Shown here: one piece after another, positions 13,038-25,139 of the stretch
How positions within the stretch are numbered: position 1 is the first letter of the stretch
Layout of the letters: each line of letters starts with the position of its first letter
Source: Selaginella moellendorffii
Taxonomy: Eukaryota > Plantae > Lycopodiophyta
Assembly (NCBI RefSeq): GCF_000143415.4
Contig: NW_003314297.1
Location: 248,001-312,000 of the forward strand
Reading direction: 5' to 3'
Length of the DNA stretch: 64,000 nucleotides
The notes under the pieces: model-generated
Seen by the model: the letters and a program-made list of their open reading frames with translations, nothing else
Database searches by the model: none
Told to the model about the DNA's origin: nothing
Position numbers and translations under genes: made by a program

Positions 13038-15349
13038 TAGCTTTGCTTTGATTGTCTTTGAAGAGTGCTTAGATTTGGGATTTTGGTTTATATTTAGCTT
13101 TTGCAACATTTATATCTCACTTTCCTTATATCTTTTTTAATTTTCTCTTTTTTGTTTTTTTCCTTTTCATTCATCTTTATGGTAGAGCAATAGCCTCTTC
13201 CTCCTTTGACTTTAGAGTAACACTTGGTGTAATTGTTTGATGCCATATGATTGTAATTGAATAATTAGACTCAGTTGATAGCGGTATTCATAATGTATGG
13301 TACACCTCTTCCTTCTCTTATTGCCAATCTTTGCATCTAGTTGGAGTTCTTTCATAGGAATCCTAGGGATGATATGCATGAGTTTCCCACGTGTCTCTAA
13401 AGGACGGTGCTATAATGGTACAATAGTTTGAGTGTAACCACTCATGTAGATTGAAACATTCTCCAGGATGTCTTCAAATGCATATTTGAATATGCCAATG
13501 ATTATGATAATGTCTTTCAATAATTGCATCATCTTCATTAAGGGCTATTTGAGTTAGTGATGCAATTTGGTGTTTGTTTCTGGAGCCTTTTGCTTCGTGT
13601 AGAGCTAAATATATCATAGTGGATCAAGTTAGGAATGTTATGGCTAACATTTCATCAAGATTTTGTAAGACTTATGCATGCAATTTCTTTAACCACCTTT
13701 GACAATGTTTTTCGCTTGGCATAATGTTATGACATATCACTACAAATCCTTCAACTCCACTTCTTGTGGGAAATGGTCATATTCTAATAAAGGTTGCTGC
13801 TATTGCATGAATTCAAGGACAAGAGCAAGGATGGGGTTATGGCCGTGATGTCCGATGTTGGGTGTGTGATGAAATTGGTCACATTTATCGGCATGATCGG
13901 TGTTTTCCAGATTAGTGACTTTCATTTTCTAGGTGGAAACCTTTGTGTCAATAACATTTTATTAGTGCTTCTACAATGGAAGGTATAAACATCGAGATGT
14001 TTCTAGGAAACAAAAGAGTTGCACGAGTAGCAGAGGGTTCTTATAAGTTAATGATCCCTCCATCTTTTTTATGAGAATATCATTAAGGGGTTCACTCGCC
14101 ACTAGTTTATCAAATGTTTACTTTTCAATCTCATTTTTATAACAAAATGTCTCTTATTGATCTTTTTGTGTTAGTTGATATAGGCTTGAGTTTATCTTCT
14201 ATTGCTCAGCCTGTTGTCACATGTTGCCTTCTACATTATGTCATGTAGCAAAACTAATTTTCATTCTTTATAACAACAATTATACATATGGGTATATTTG
14301 GGATGAGATGGACATAATTGTGTGTGTGGGTAGTTTTGAACTTGAGTTGCAATCATTGCAAGTGGTGCCAAATCAAGCTTTTGACTTCATCCTTGATATG
14401 GATTAGTTGTAACACAATTATGCTACTATAAGCTATAAATTTTTTCCTTTCTAATTTGCTACTTTACCTTATGTATTCGACTACCACTATCTTGGCTTTA
14501 TTCCCTTGCCAAAGTTCCTATCTATTGTACCAACTCTTACTTGGTTTTATTTGGTTTCAACTACTCACTACACAAGCAATGAAGTTCTAGCCATCCATCC
14601 ATAGATTCCCAAATTCTCTCCCAATCCCTTTCCCTGAGTTAAACTAGACTTAAGGTTCGGCTACACTCCCCTTAGGCATAAGCAGCTAAGCACACTAAGC
14701 CTCTAAATTCCTAATATTCCTTGGTATGATCATGGGACCTTGTAAATCCCAAGTTTTGGTGCATCACTTGCTTTAGGACCCTAGGGAAAACACTATGGCC
14801 TAACGGCCCAGTATGGGTACGCTTACTCCTATCGTTAATGTGATTTTGGGTATCGAAAGTTACTTATTGTGACAATAAGGAAAGAATATTCAAAAGGACA
14901 GCCAACAGATAACTTTTGATACCAAAGTCACATTCGCAACATTATAAATGTAACTTTGGGTATCGAAAGTTACTAGTTGACAATTCCCCTACTTCCATCC
15001 CAAAGGGAAGGCCTAAGCCCTTAGGAAGGAGCAAAAACCAATGAGCCATATGATATTTATATAGGGCACCACTTTACATGAGTTGGGAGCATTGTAGTCA
15101 ATTTCCTTTCCAAGAGTGGGAGTTACTCTTGAGCATTTCCTTGGGTACCACCTAAGTCCATGCTCATTCTCACTTAAGGCCCCTAACTTTTAGTCCCAAC
15201 CTTAAGTCAGTTTGGAAAACACCACTAAAGAGTTCTTTCAAGACTGGTTCCTAGACCTTACTATCCCTATTATACTTTTGGAACCCCATACAACCCCCCA
15301 AGAGACGATTGCTTTAGGCTTTCACTCTATGATCTAACTTGTATTAATA

Positions 15350-15655
15350 TTCGGACTTGGTATCAAACTCAATCTTAGACTCGATCTTAGACTTAATCTT
15401 GGACTTGATCTCAGACTTGATCTTTGACTCAACCTTGGACTCGGTCTCAAACTCGATCTTTGACTCAACTTCAAATTCGGTCTCGGACTCAGTCTTGGAT
15501 GTGATCTTGAACTTAGTCTCGGACCCAATTTCGGATCTCGGACTCGGACCCGAACTCAGTTTTGGACTCGATCTCAACCTTGGTCTTGAAGTCAGTCTTG
15601 AACTCGGTCTTGAACTTGGTCTCGAAGCAGACTCAATCTTGGACTCGGTCTCATT
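15350..15655. repeat. Degenerate 12-bp tandem repeat (GACTCGATCTTG-like) within the retroelement nest
   Basis: About 25 imperfect 12-mers; they generate low-complexity ORFs on both strands. Confidence 0.8.
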
Positions 15656-16572
15656 CAATGAACTCTTTATCATTTCAGTCATGGTTGCAAGGATCTTCTA
15701 GCCTAGGACACCCTAGGGAGTTAAGTCCTTACAGCTAAGTGAGTGTGATTTGAGATTTCTCCTCTTTATCTTATATTTCTTTATATTTCTTCCATTCCTC
15801 TCACTTTCGTTCTTCTTTATCCCTCTACTTCCATCACTTTTGTCTCCTTATTACTTTTTCTTATGTTTCCATCTTATTCCTCTATTCCTTCTTTAGATCC
15901 CTTCAACAATATCTATGTTGCAGTAGTTAATTGGTTCATGAAGAAGTATGCCGAGCTATTTGAATTTAACCTGTTATTTATGGTTAAGATTGCAACACTT
16001 CATCCTATTCCAATTGGGGATGTTTATCCAATCAAAGTTTATATTCATCGTCGCTCACCAAAAAAGATCAAGATTTTACATACAAAAGTCAAATAAATGT
16101 TGGTAAATGGTGTTATTTAAAAGTCATAGAGTCCTTGGGAGTGTAAACTTTATTTTGTAATGAAGCCTAATGGGAGTATTTATTTCTACATTGACTATTA
16201 TCCATTAAACAAAGTGATGATTCTGGATGTGTACCCTTGTCCTCACACCACTAATCTCCTAAATTATCTGGAGATAAGTCATTAATTCACTAAGTTAAAT
16301 CTTGCTTTTGGGTATTGGCAAATGTTGATGGCTAAAGAAGATATTCCTAAGATTATTTTTTATACACTATTTGTTTTGTACAAATTCTTGGTGATGCCAT
16401 TTGGTTTGAACAATGCTCTAACAACTTTCTATCAAATGATAGATGGGGTTCTTTACAATATGCCGAAAATAACTATTGATTTCATCAATGATATCTTTAT
16501 CCACTTAGAAGGGACATAAAAGGAACACATCCTCATAAGGTGTTGGATTAGCTGATATTTCTAATATTAATC

Positions 16573-17315
16573 TTGGAAGTGTGTTGATGCAAGAGAGCAT
16601 AAGTGTGTGTGATCAATATCATCCTATTGCATACATCAGCCGTGCTTTACAAAAAGTAGAGGTGAATTACTCCATGATACATGAGTGTTTAGTAGTAGTT
16701 TGGGGTTTCAAAAATTTCATGCATATTTATATAGTTTTCAGACATTATTAAAATGTGATCATATTGTAACTACTTTGTTATTCAAGTGGAAAAATTTGGT
16801 TGGTTGTATCATGACGACACTCAATTTTTCATTTTATACGTTGATGTTTTTTATATCAATTTTGGAGGTGTGCTAATGCAAAAGAGTTCGAGTGTGCATG
16901 GTCAGTGCTATCCCATTGTATATATCAACTGTACTTTATAAAAAATAGAAATGAACTACTCTATGATAGAAAAGAAATGTTTAGTAGCAGTTTAAGTTTT
17001 AAAAAAACTTCATGCATATCTATATAGTTTTTGGACATTACTAAAAGGTGATTATGTTGCAATTACTTTGTTATTCAAATGGAAGAATTTGGTTTGTTGT
17101 ATTATGACGACACTCAACTTTTCATTTTATGTGTAAATATTTTTTATATCAATTTTGGAGGTGTGTTAATGCAAAAGAACTCAAGTGTAAATAGTTAATG
17201 CCATCCTATTGCATATATCAACTATACTTTATAAAAAGTAAAGATGACCTACTCTATGATAAAAAAGAAGTGTTTAGTAACAATTTAGGGTTTCAAAAAA
17301 CTTCATGCATATCTG
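16573..17315 (+). repeat. Tandem triplication (~290-bp unit, third copy partial) of the RNase H remnant
   Basis: TTGGARGTGTGYTRATGCAA...CCYATTG recurs at ~16573, ~16862 and ~17155. Confidence 0.85.
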
Positions 17316-17934
17316 AAATTGTCGGATATCTATTAAATTAGTTTTAATTTGGAGCACTTACTCCTGTATACAAGCTAGTGTCCGAGTGGCGGTTAATTTC
17401 AATTCGGAGCATTTGTTCCTATATATAAGCTAGGATTTTTTGTGTAATTAATATGCATATTTTTGTATTCAATTTCCAGAAATTTTTTTTTCATTTCTAA
17501 TAGTAAGCATCTAAAAATTTATATTCCTATAAAAGCATTAGTTTTTAAGAAGGATTCTCAAACATTAATATAGTGAAACTTTCATGTTGAATTCAGAGAG
17601 ATTGCACTATAAAAGTTAAACTATTTTAAATGACAAACTAAGAGCAATAAGTATCAAGAACTTTTTAAATGTTCTTGACAAAAATATAGAAATGATTACT
17701 AGCACAAAAAATTAGTATTCAATTTCTGATGACAAAATAAAAGTTAAATGGTTCTCTAACTCACCTGCAGCTGCAGCTGCCTCCGTCTTCGGGGTTATCT
17801 TTCGTTTTTTTAACGATGAACTAAAAGGAGAGTAATCTATCTTGCTCTACTCATCTAGTTCTCTAAGAGGGTGAGGGAGATGAAAGGAGGGAGGGAGAAA
17901 GAAGGGGGGGGGTAGATTTCGGGGGAGTTGTGGC

Positions 17935-18035
17935 ANNNNNNNNNNNNNNNNNNNNNNNNNNNNNNNNNNNNNNNNNNNNNNNNNNNNNNNNNNNNNNNNN
18001 NNNNNNNNNNNNNNNNNNNNNNNNNNNNNNNNNNN
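17935..18035. other. Assembly gap (N run)
   Basis: About 100 consecutive N. Confidence 0.99.
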
Positions 18036-18377
18036 AAAAAGAACCCGACCCGGCAGACGGCAGGCAGCTGCTGCTGCAGTCGACTCTAGAGGACCCAGCT
18101 TGCTTGATTTGAACTTCTTGGACTTTTGGCTTTGAATCTTCTCCCTCACCATATAGTCTTCGTGATTCCCTTTCGTTCCGTCATGTGGTATACATACGTA
18201 TAGTAGAAATACTACAAACCGCCACCGTATCACTTCTCTGCGTATCTGACATAATCTGATGATGATCAACCTGCACTGATCGTGAAATGTATCGTGATGC
18301 CTATGGTAGAAGGCAGGGGAAAAGGGATCTTGGTATAGCGTTCTCGTTTTTTATTTCTACTTCTTTCTTCTTCTTGG

Positions 18378-19264
18378 ATGAATTCGATGCTGCGAGCTGC
18401 GAAGAAGATCGTCACGGGGTATGGATCTTTCATGCTGATTCTTGTTTCCAATTCTTTTTCCAGGCATGGCCGTGGTGCAGGAGTTTGCATCCAGGGACTG
18501 CTTCCTTCAGCCGGCAAAGCTTTCCGATCGACCAGGAGCGCGATCCTAGCTTCCCAGGGGATAGACAAGCACGACGCGCCAGAGATCGGCGCTGTCTGGA
18601 GGTTTTCTTTTCGAAGTTTTTCCGCAGCGCCGACAAGAACAAGCTCGTGAGGTACAATGCTTTCATCTCGATTCTTTGTCCGCAATTCTGATCGTTTCGA
18701 GAGCTAGCAGTTCTTTCACGCCAATGCAGGACAAGATCAATGGAGAAGAGATCGCGGAGGAGAACACGACTGACGACGGGGTGGAGCGGGGGCCGGCCAC
18801 GGAGAGCGCTAAGGCTCCCGACGGCTCCAGGTAGATAACTTCTCAATTGGGATTCCTCTTTTATCTTTTTCAATTTCTTCTCGGCCAGGAGCTACGACCG
18901 CGTGAACGAGAATGGAGAAGCGTTCGTGAAGCTAGCGTTGGTGGTTTATCTGGACCTTCTGGATATGGAGGACGACTTCAACATCTTCGTTGTGGACGCC
19001 AAGGAGCGCTTCATCATCGGCAAGTTCGCAGAAACGGGGCTGGGAATTATGCGAGTTAAAGCTGGAGCAGCGGGATCCGCTGGCAGTACCATCCTGGACT
19101 GGCTCAACGAGGAGAACTCGAGCCGAAACATCGAGAACTCCGAGTTCGAGGATGCACTTACACTGTGCCGGGAAGGAATCCAGAAGAGCCACGAGCTTGG
19201 CCGGACCAGCCTCAAGTTCTCGTTCATAAAATTGGAGAAGAACGAGGTTGTTTTCAAGTACTAA
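18378..19264 (+). CDS. Spliced gene or pseudogene, possibly a divergent proteasome-subunit-like (Ntn-hydrolase fold) protein
   Basis: Intron ~18831-18888 joins DGSR|SYDRVNENG in frame. KAFRSTRSAILASQGIDKHDA and AAGSAGSTILDWL...EDALTLCREGI resemble proteasome subunit motifs. The 5' part needs a frameshift. Confidence 0.35.
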
Positions 19265-19865
19265 TTCACGATCGCTCGATGTAATTCGCTCGTCGCTGGA
19301 AAGAAAGAAACCATAAGAGTAAAAGTAAAGCAGCAGGCCTGGCTTTTGAAGTAACTCCTCACTGGATTGGAGCTCCTCCTCGAGCTGCGAGTTCTCGTCG
19401 GTCGCGTCAACCATGAAAGCTTGTGAGAATACAGGCTTGAGCTAAAAATTTACTAAAGATGGTTAATAGCTAAACCTTGACTTGCACTGATCTCTTCGAC
19501 ATCGATATCTTCTAAACGAGCTTCCTCGATCCACTGTCACATATAATGTTACCATTTAAATCCGTCCTTGAGACCTTGATCCAGCGGGCAGTCGAGCCTG
19601 TGCAAAAGAAAAAAGAAGCTGCCCTTCCCATATCTGCATCCAGGACATGGAATGCTTGCGGCCATCCTCAGTCGGAGTTGCGGCGATCGATCGAAGAGCT
19701 CGCCGGCCTCGCTTTCTTGAATCCATGGCGCTCCCGCTCCTTCACTCTAGGGCATCTGTCTGACGAGTTTCCATCTGCTCTTTATTCTAATCTACCGGTG
19801 TTGTTTTGTCAAGAGTACTTAAAAACGACATGAGCTTGTGATGTTTATTTAAATTTATGAACTCT

Positions 19866-20670
19866 TTACCCAAGCATCCCTTTGATCTGTAGGATCTTTT
19901 CAGCGGGATTCAGTCCCTTTGGACAAGCATTAGAGCAATTACGAATAGTGTGGCATCTTCCAATCTTCATCTCTCCACGGAGGGCCTCCACACGCTCTTT
20001 GGTAAAGTCATCGCGGCTATCAGCAATCATTCTAATAAACAGTAAACATTTGGAAAATTTTACTAGGAAAAAAATGGAATGGTACTTACTTATATGCTTG
20101 GAGCAGAATTGCTGGACCAGGGAATGTAGGTGTGTTCCACCAGTAGCTAGGGCAAGAAGTATTACAACAAGCACATAGGATACACTCCCACATCCCATCC
20201 AGTTTTGCTCTCTCTTCTTTGGTTTGCAAGAACTCTTTTTGCCCATCTTCCTTTTGTTTTTTGGTCTTCAACCATGGCTCAATGCTCTTGTATTGCTGAT
20301 AAAAATAAGTCATGTCCACCACCAGGTCCTTAATCACAAACATATGTGGCAGAGGCAACACCACAGTAGAAGCAATACCATCCTCATCCCTGTCAACTTT
20401 TGTTAAGCATGCCAGGCAGTTCTTACCATTGATGTTCATGGCGCAAGAGCCACATACACCTTCGCGACAAGAACGCCTAAACGTGATACTCGAATCATGC
20501 TTGTTCTTGATCTCAAACAAAACATCAAGCATCATAACGCAGTTGCTGGTGTCAACCTTGTACTCTTGGAGGTGGGGTGATTTGCCATCTTGGGGATTGT
20601 ATCTGTACACTTGAAAGGACCGTAAACCATTGCTGGTCAAGCGCTTGCTTCCTAAAACTCGTGAAAGCAT
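19866..20670 (-). CDS. SDH2: Succinate dehydrogenase iron-sulfur subunit, two exons, intact
   Basis: Basic N-terminal targeting peptide. All three Cys clusters present: [35 protein letters not shown]. One GT-AG intron at ~20031-20088. Confidence 0.93.
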
Positions 20671-20848
20671 CCTTGGTGAAAAGTCATAACCTAAAAGATG
20701 GCCTTATTTTTATTGAGTTTAAGCTAAATTTAGGTCGCAACGAAAGAATGTAATTTGCACTATTTTATCGTAACTAAGCTCCAACATAATTTAAACATTT
20801 TATTTTGTGATTTACAAAATAATATTTTGAAAACCACCTTTTTTTCAA

Positions 20849-20851
<3 letters not shown>

Positions 20852-20893
<42 letters not shown>
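20852..20893. repeat. (TA)n microsatellite
   Basis: About 20 TA units; the left-arm counterpart at ~6080 has about 5. Confidence 0.95.
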
Positions 20894-20896
<3 letters not shown>

Positions 20897-20904
20897 TTGA
20901 AAAA

Positions 20905-21630
20905 AGGTGGTGTTCTGGAACGTACTGATACTGGGATACCCCGAGGTGGCTTTGAATCTTTACGCACGAAAGATTCAAAGACGAGGAGACGAGGAGAGAC
21001 GGCTGTGAGGCGGATTCTTGGACTTTTCTTGCCGTGCTCAAGGCTTGCGGAAGCTTTGTGGCTCTGGAGACCAGAAACGGGCGATCGATCATTCGCGAGC
21101 TTGATGGCATTCGATGGTAAGTCCCGGGCATGCTCTTCACAGGGACGTTTATCGGCATGGACATGGTTCTGGCGACTTGCTTGGGGGTGTGGCCGCTGCT
21201 CAACGGGTGTTCGACTCATTTTCTACGAGGAACATTATCAGCTGGAGCGCACTGATAACAGGCTACAGCCACCTGGGAGATGTGAACGAAGTCCTGGATC
21301 ATTTCCCGTGACATGGAGGACGGAGGAGTGCAGCCAAGCTCACTTCCGTCCCCGCGGCTTGCAGCCATGCGGGCCTGGTTGACGTCGCCAGGGAGTACTT
21401 GAAGTATGGTATTCGTCTGGGCATCGATCACTACCACTGCTTGGTGGATGTGCTTGGGAGAGCCAACCATATGGACGAAGCAGTGTCTGTGATAAACGCC
21501 ATGCCTTTCGAAGCCAACGCCATGACTTGGAAGACGCTGCTGGGAGCATGCCAGAAAGTGGAAGAACGTAGAGTTTGGGAGGCTTGCATTCGAGTTGCTG
21601 CTAGAGCTCGACGAGAAAGACGTGGCTGCC
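20905..21630 (+). pseudogene. Second truncated copy of the DYW-PPR gene
   Basis: Same peptide blocks in several frames and the same 3' breakpoint (GAAAGACGTGGCTGCC) as 5320-6066. Confidence 0.92.
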
Positions 21631-24600
21631 ATACAATGTCACATATACCTGTGTGGCAAACTTTGGCGATTTGACATGTCATATTGATGTGGCAGGATCC
21701 CATGCCATTCCCATACACCTTAACCAGTCAAATGTAGTAAGGAATGTTTTAAGTACATTGACTCATGTAATGTATGCGCCATATGTCAAACCTTAATGTA
21801 TGCGCCAGGCTGCCTGCTACAAATTGATTGCCATAAATATCAACTTTATAGGGGTGAGTTGGGATTGTATCTGTATACCTGAAAAGGGTTTTATTTTTAT
21901 TGAGTTTAAGCTTTAAGCTATTATCTCAAGCTCTAATGGCAAGCATCCCACTACATTTTGCAGGGGTTTGAGCTGGGAAAATATTCTAAATTATTAATTA
22001 CTTATGTGTAGTAAATTTTTTAATTTATATTTCAAATTTATTAAACCAAAATGTAATTTGTAGTTTACTTATTTATCTCTATAATATAAAAAAATGATAA
22101 GATAAATAAATCATAATGATAATAATAATTTTTAAGTTCCAAATATTCTTTTGACATTACAATTAAAACATTTTTTTTTTCAAACTTTCATTGGTGTTGA
22201 GCCAATACTTTGGACCCCCATTCTTCTGGATCCCTCTAGTTTGTGTCCATCAATATGTTGCCTTGAAATCTTTGACAATACCTTTGAAATGGCCCCACCC
22301 AGGATCTAGGCCGTGCTGAGGCAAGAGTGCTCCATCTTCTTTGGTTGTGATATAGTAAACCAACTCTATGCATAGAGGTTGACAAGCTAACAATAACCAT
22401 CTTCACAACAAGTGTTCAGTGTTTCATTGATCTTCAAGATTGCCATGAGAGACCCAATAAAGCAATGGCCACCACAAGTTGTTGGAGATGAGAATAGCGA
22501 TGGCAACAAGAAGATGAGCCTCTTGAGCTAAGATCTAGCAGGGCAGAAGCTTTGTGTTGATGGTCTTACGAGAAGACCGTGCTCTCAGACATAGCAGTTT
22601 TTCTTTGCATAAGTTTGTAGACTTTAAAAAAGTTTTTAACTTGCACTCTTTTCTTGATGATGGCTATAGATGGTGAGATCCAAGTGCGTCATTCTGAGCC
22701 AGCCAGGCGAGATCCAGGTGGTGGGGAGTAAGTTTTCCGTACCGTTTTCCCTGGAGGAATTTGTGACTGTGTAAGACCAGTCCGGAATCAAGATTGGCAC
22801 AGTGAAATACACGATTCTAAACGGAACGCAAAAATCCAGCGACGAGGAAATACTGGACAGAGTGTAAGCGCTCTAAGAATCTATCTATCTATCAAGAGAT
22901 TGATCGCTCCTCCATTCGAGCCTATACTCTTCAAACTCTGTAACCTCGTGATGGACGATGTCTTAGAAGACATCTAGTACGTGACTTCCTTGTCAACTAT
23001 GTAGGTGGTGATAGTCTGACGGCCTTGCTAAGAATAGCTTTCTAGGGTAGGAGAAATCACAAAACTCTCAATCCACAGTATGGAGTAAGTGCTCCATACC
23101 GTCCAGTGTATAAGATATAAAGAAGAAAAGCTAGTTAGAGAACTCCCTCACCGTTGACTGTTCTTTGCTATAATGTCTAATGCCATCTTCTAGAGCTCCA
23201 TAGATGGTGCTTGCTATACCAGCCCCATGCTGGTTCCAGACAAGCCAGCTATCAGTTAAGCTTTGTTGGCCAATCTAAATAGTGGGAATTGGCTCATATT
23301 CTAGAGCTGTGGGGCATTCAACCTACAAAACTTTATAACTTAATTTACTATACAACTTGAGTCACCTCTACACCTAATGCCTCTTAGACCATGTACTTGT
23401 TCTGATGTTGCTATTGATTTAGAAGAGATATACCATTACCTCTTCCATCCACAGCTACTGCTAAGCCAAGATTAGGAATCTTAAGTTTGTACTTCCCTTC
23501 TGTGCTCATAGCAGAGAGTTGCTTTGTTGTGAGGGAACCTCTTTGCACATTCAAATCCCATGAAAATAAATCTCTCACTAGAAAATGCCATTGAAAAATG
23601 TGTTCTATCATCCATCTCAATAATGAAATGTATAATCTCTGAGTATATCTGGGAATATCTCTAGAATCATACCCCAACATTAGAACATTAGCTTCAATAA
23701 ATTTATTTACATTATTTATAGTTTCATTGAGTTATAACAACTTTGTTGCTCAACAAAATATTAGCAAGGTTATACATGGGGCTGAGATAACAGTTGGCAA
23801 AAGGCATTAACGTGGCATTGGTGACATATGTTCTTTTGTGCAAATTTTGCCACAACCACTATAGTAATCATTGGCATTGGAAACAAATAAAAAAGTGAGA
23901 GATTGATTAGGTATAGTTTTATAGTCTAGAACTTGCCTTCACAATAGCTAGTGACATATTGGTATGCCATGCAAGCAAGACAAAGGGTGCAATCTTCATT
24001 TATTTTCTTAACAATTTTAACTTCTTTTAGATATCCTCTTGTTCCATATATGTTGCTGATGCTAGACATACTACAGCAAGTTACTTCCATTATACTAGGA
24101 GGTGAGATAACTCTCACATCAAAACCGTTCCAAACACACATGGAAAAATTTGTCATGGAACTTATTTATATTTCAATACTAAAAAAAATCCATTTCCTTT
24201 CAAAAGCCACACTTACAAAATCAAACACTCTGGTTTATGAAGTTCGTCAGTCAGCCACTTGGATTTCAATGCTAGTTTGTTTTTATAAAAAAAATCAACA
24301 TTGAGGGCTCCTTATGCTTGAACTAGAGAGTTACACAATATCATAATGTATCTTGACATTAGTAGAAGAAAATGTTTGAAAAGACTAATTAACAAATATC
24401 TTTCAATACCTGAAATTACATTTTTAGAAATCACATTTACAATACAGTCCCCAATGCATACGTTAGCCTGGCAAAGTCTGAAGTTTGTTCTGGTTGCCAG
24501 GCTCCAGTAGGCTTTTAGAGCAGCAGCTAGCATTGGAGCATTGGCCACTTCAGCCAGGAGCTCTAGCACCTGCCTCTGCTCTCCCACTCTTGACATATCC

Positions 24601-25139
24601 CAGAAGGAGCATTATCCAAAAGATAGAGCCCCAGCGTTTCATCTTGTCGAACACTTTCATGTTTCCCTCAATTAGGAAAAGAAACTCGCAAGAGGTCATG
24701 GTAAAAACGTTAAAATCTTCTCAACAAACATTACCTCGAGAGACATAATGTGCACCGACATTGTGCTGGATTTCTCCCGCTAGGCACCATGACACACAGA
24801 CTTGCAATTCCCTGCTGCATGTCGTCGTAGATGAGGTGAGGGCCGTCCAGGCACACAGATTATTCATAGATCTCATCCTGCCGCTCCTGCTGACTGTTTC
24901 CAGTTCTGTTCTTTTGTGGATGAAGCATAACTTCGACGAACACAGTAGGCGACGAAAGACCTTACATGCATAGAGTCACATGCTCTGAAAAAAACACAAA
25001 ATTGACATCGAGATTAGGGCATAATGTTCCTTCTCTGTTTTATCAGCCGTTAGATTAAAACTAGATCAATGGTGGTTGCGTGAGGAAAGTATAAATTCTT
25101 CTTCAACGGTTAGGAATTCTATTCCGATTTAGGGCTTCA

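Larger units (their letters stand above)
9836..17600 (+). mobile_element. Decayed, nested Ty3/gypsy LTR retrotransposon complex
   Basis: Begins TG where arm homology stops. LTR-like end ...ACA at 13020 followed by a PBS. Protease remnant (FDFILDMD, ~14390), RT remnant (SPW...KPNGS..F.IDY..LNK...GYWQ...VMPFGLNNA, 16100-16520), RNase H remnant (HPIAYISRAL, ~16620). LTR-related sequence recurs at ~17330-17600. Many stops. Confidence 0.85.
19340..23680 (+). repeat. Right arm of the large inverted duplication
   Basis: Reverse-complement collinearity with ~3670-9835; arm-specific indels at ~22778-22965 and ~23490-23645. Confidence 0.92.

Noticed and set aside
15334-15701. Ser/Glu/Lys- or Leu/Asp-rich ORFs
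   Set aside because: Products of a 12-bp tandem repeat inside the retroelement.
19866-20670. SDH2 as a mitochondrial DNA insertion
   Set aside because: It has a GT-AG intron and a targeting peptide, and sdh2 is nuclear-encoded in land plants.
21689-21708. GTGGCAGGATCCCATGCCAT as a palindrome copy outside the TIRs
   Set aside because: Only one good half-site and 2 bp too short; treated as chance or an unrelated repeat, though a PWM scan should score it.
24312-24990. Possible minus-strand gene divergent from the nuclease gene
   Set aside because: Could not build a stop-free spliced model or recognise a family.
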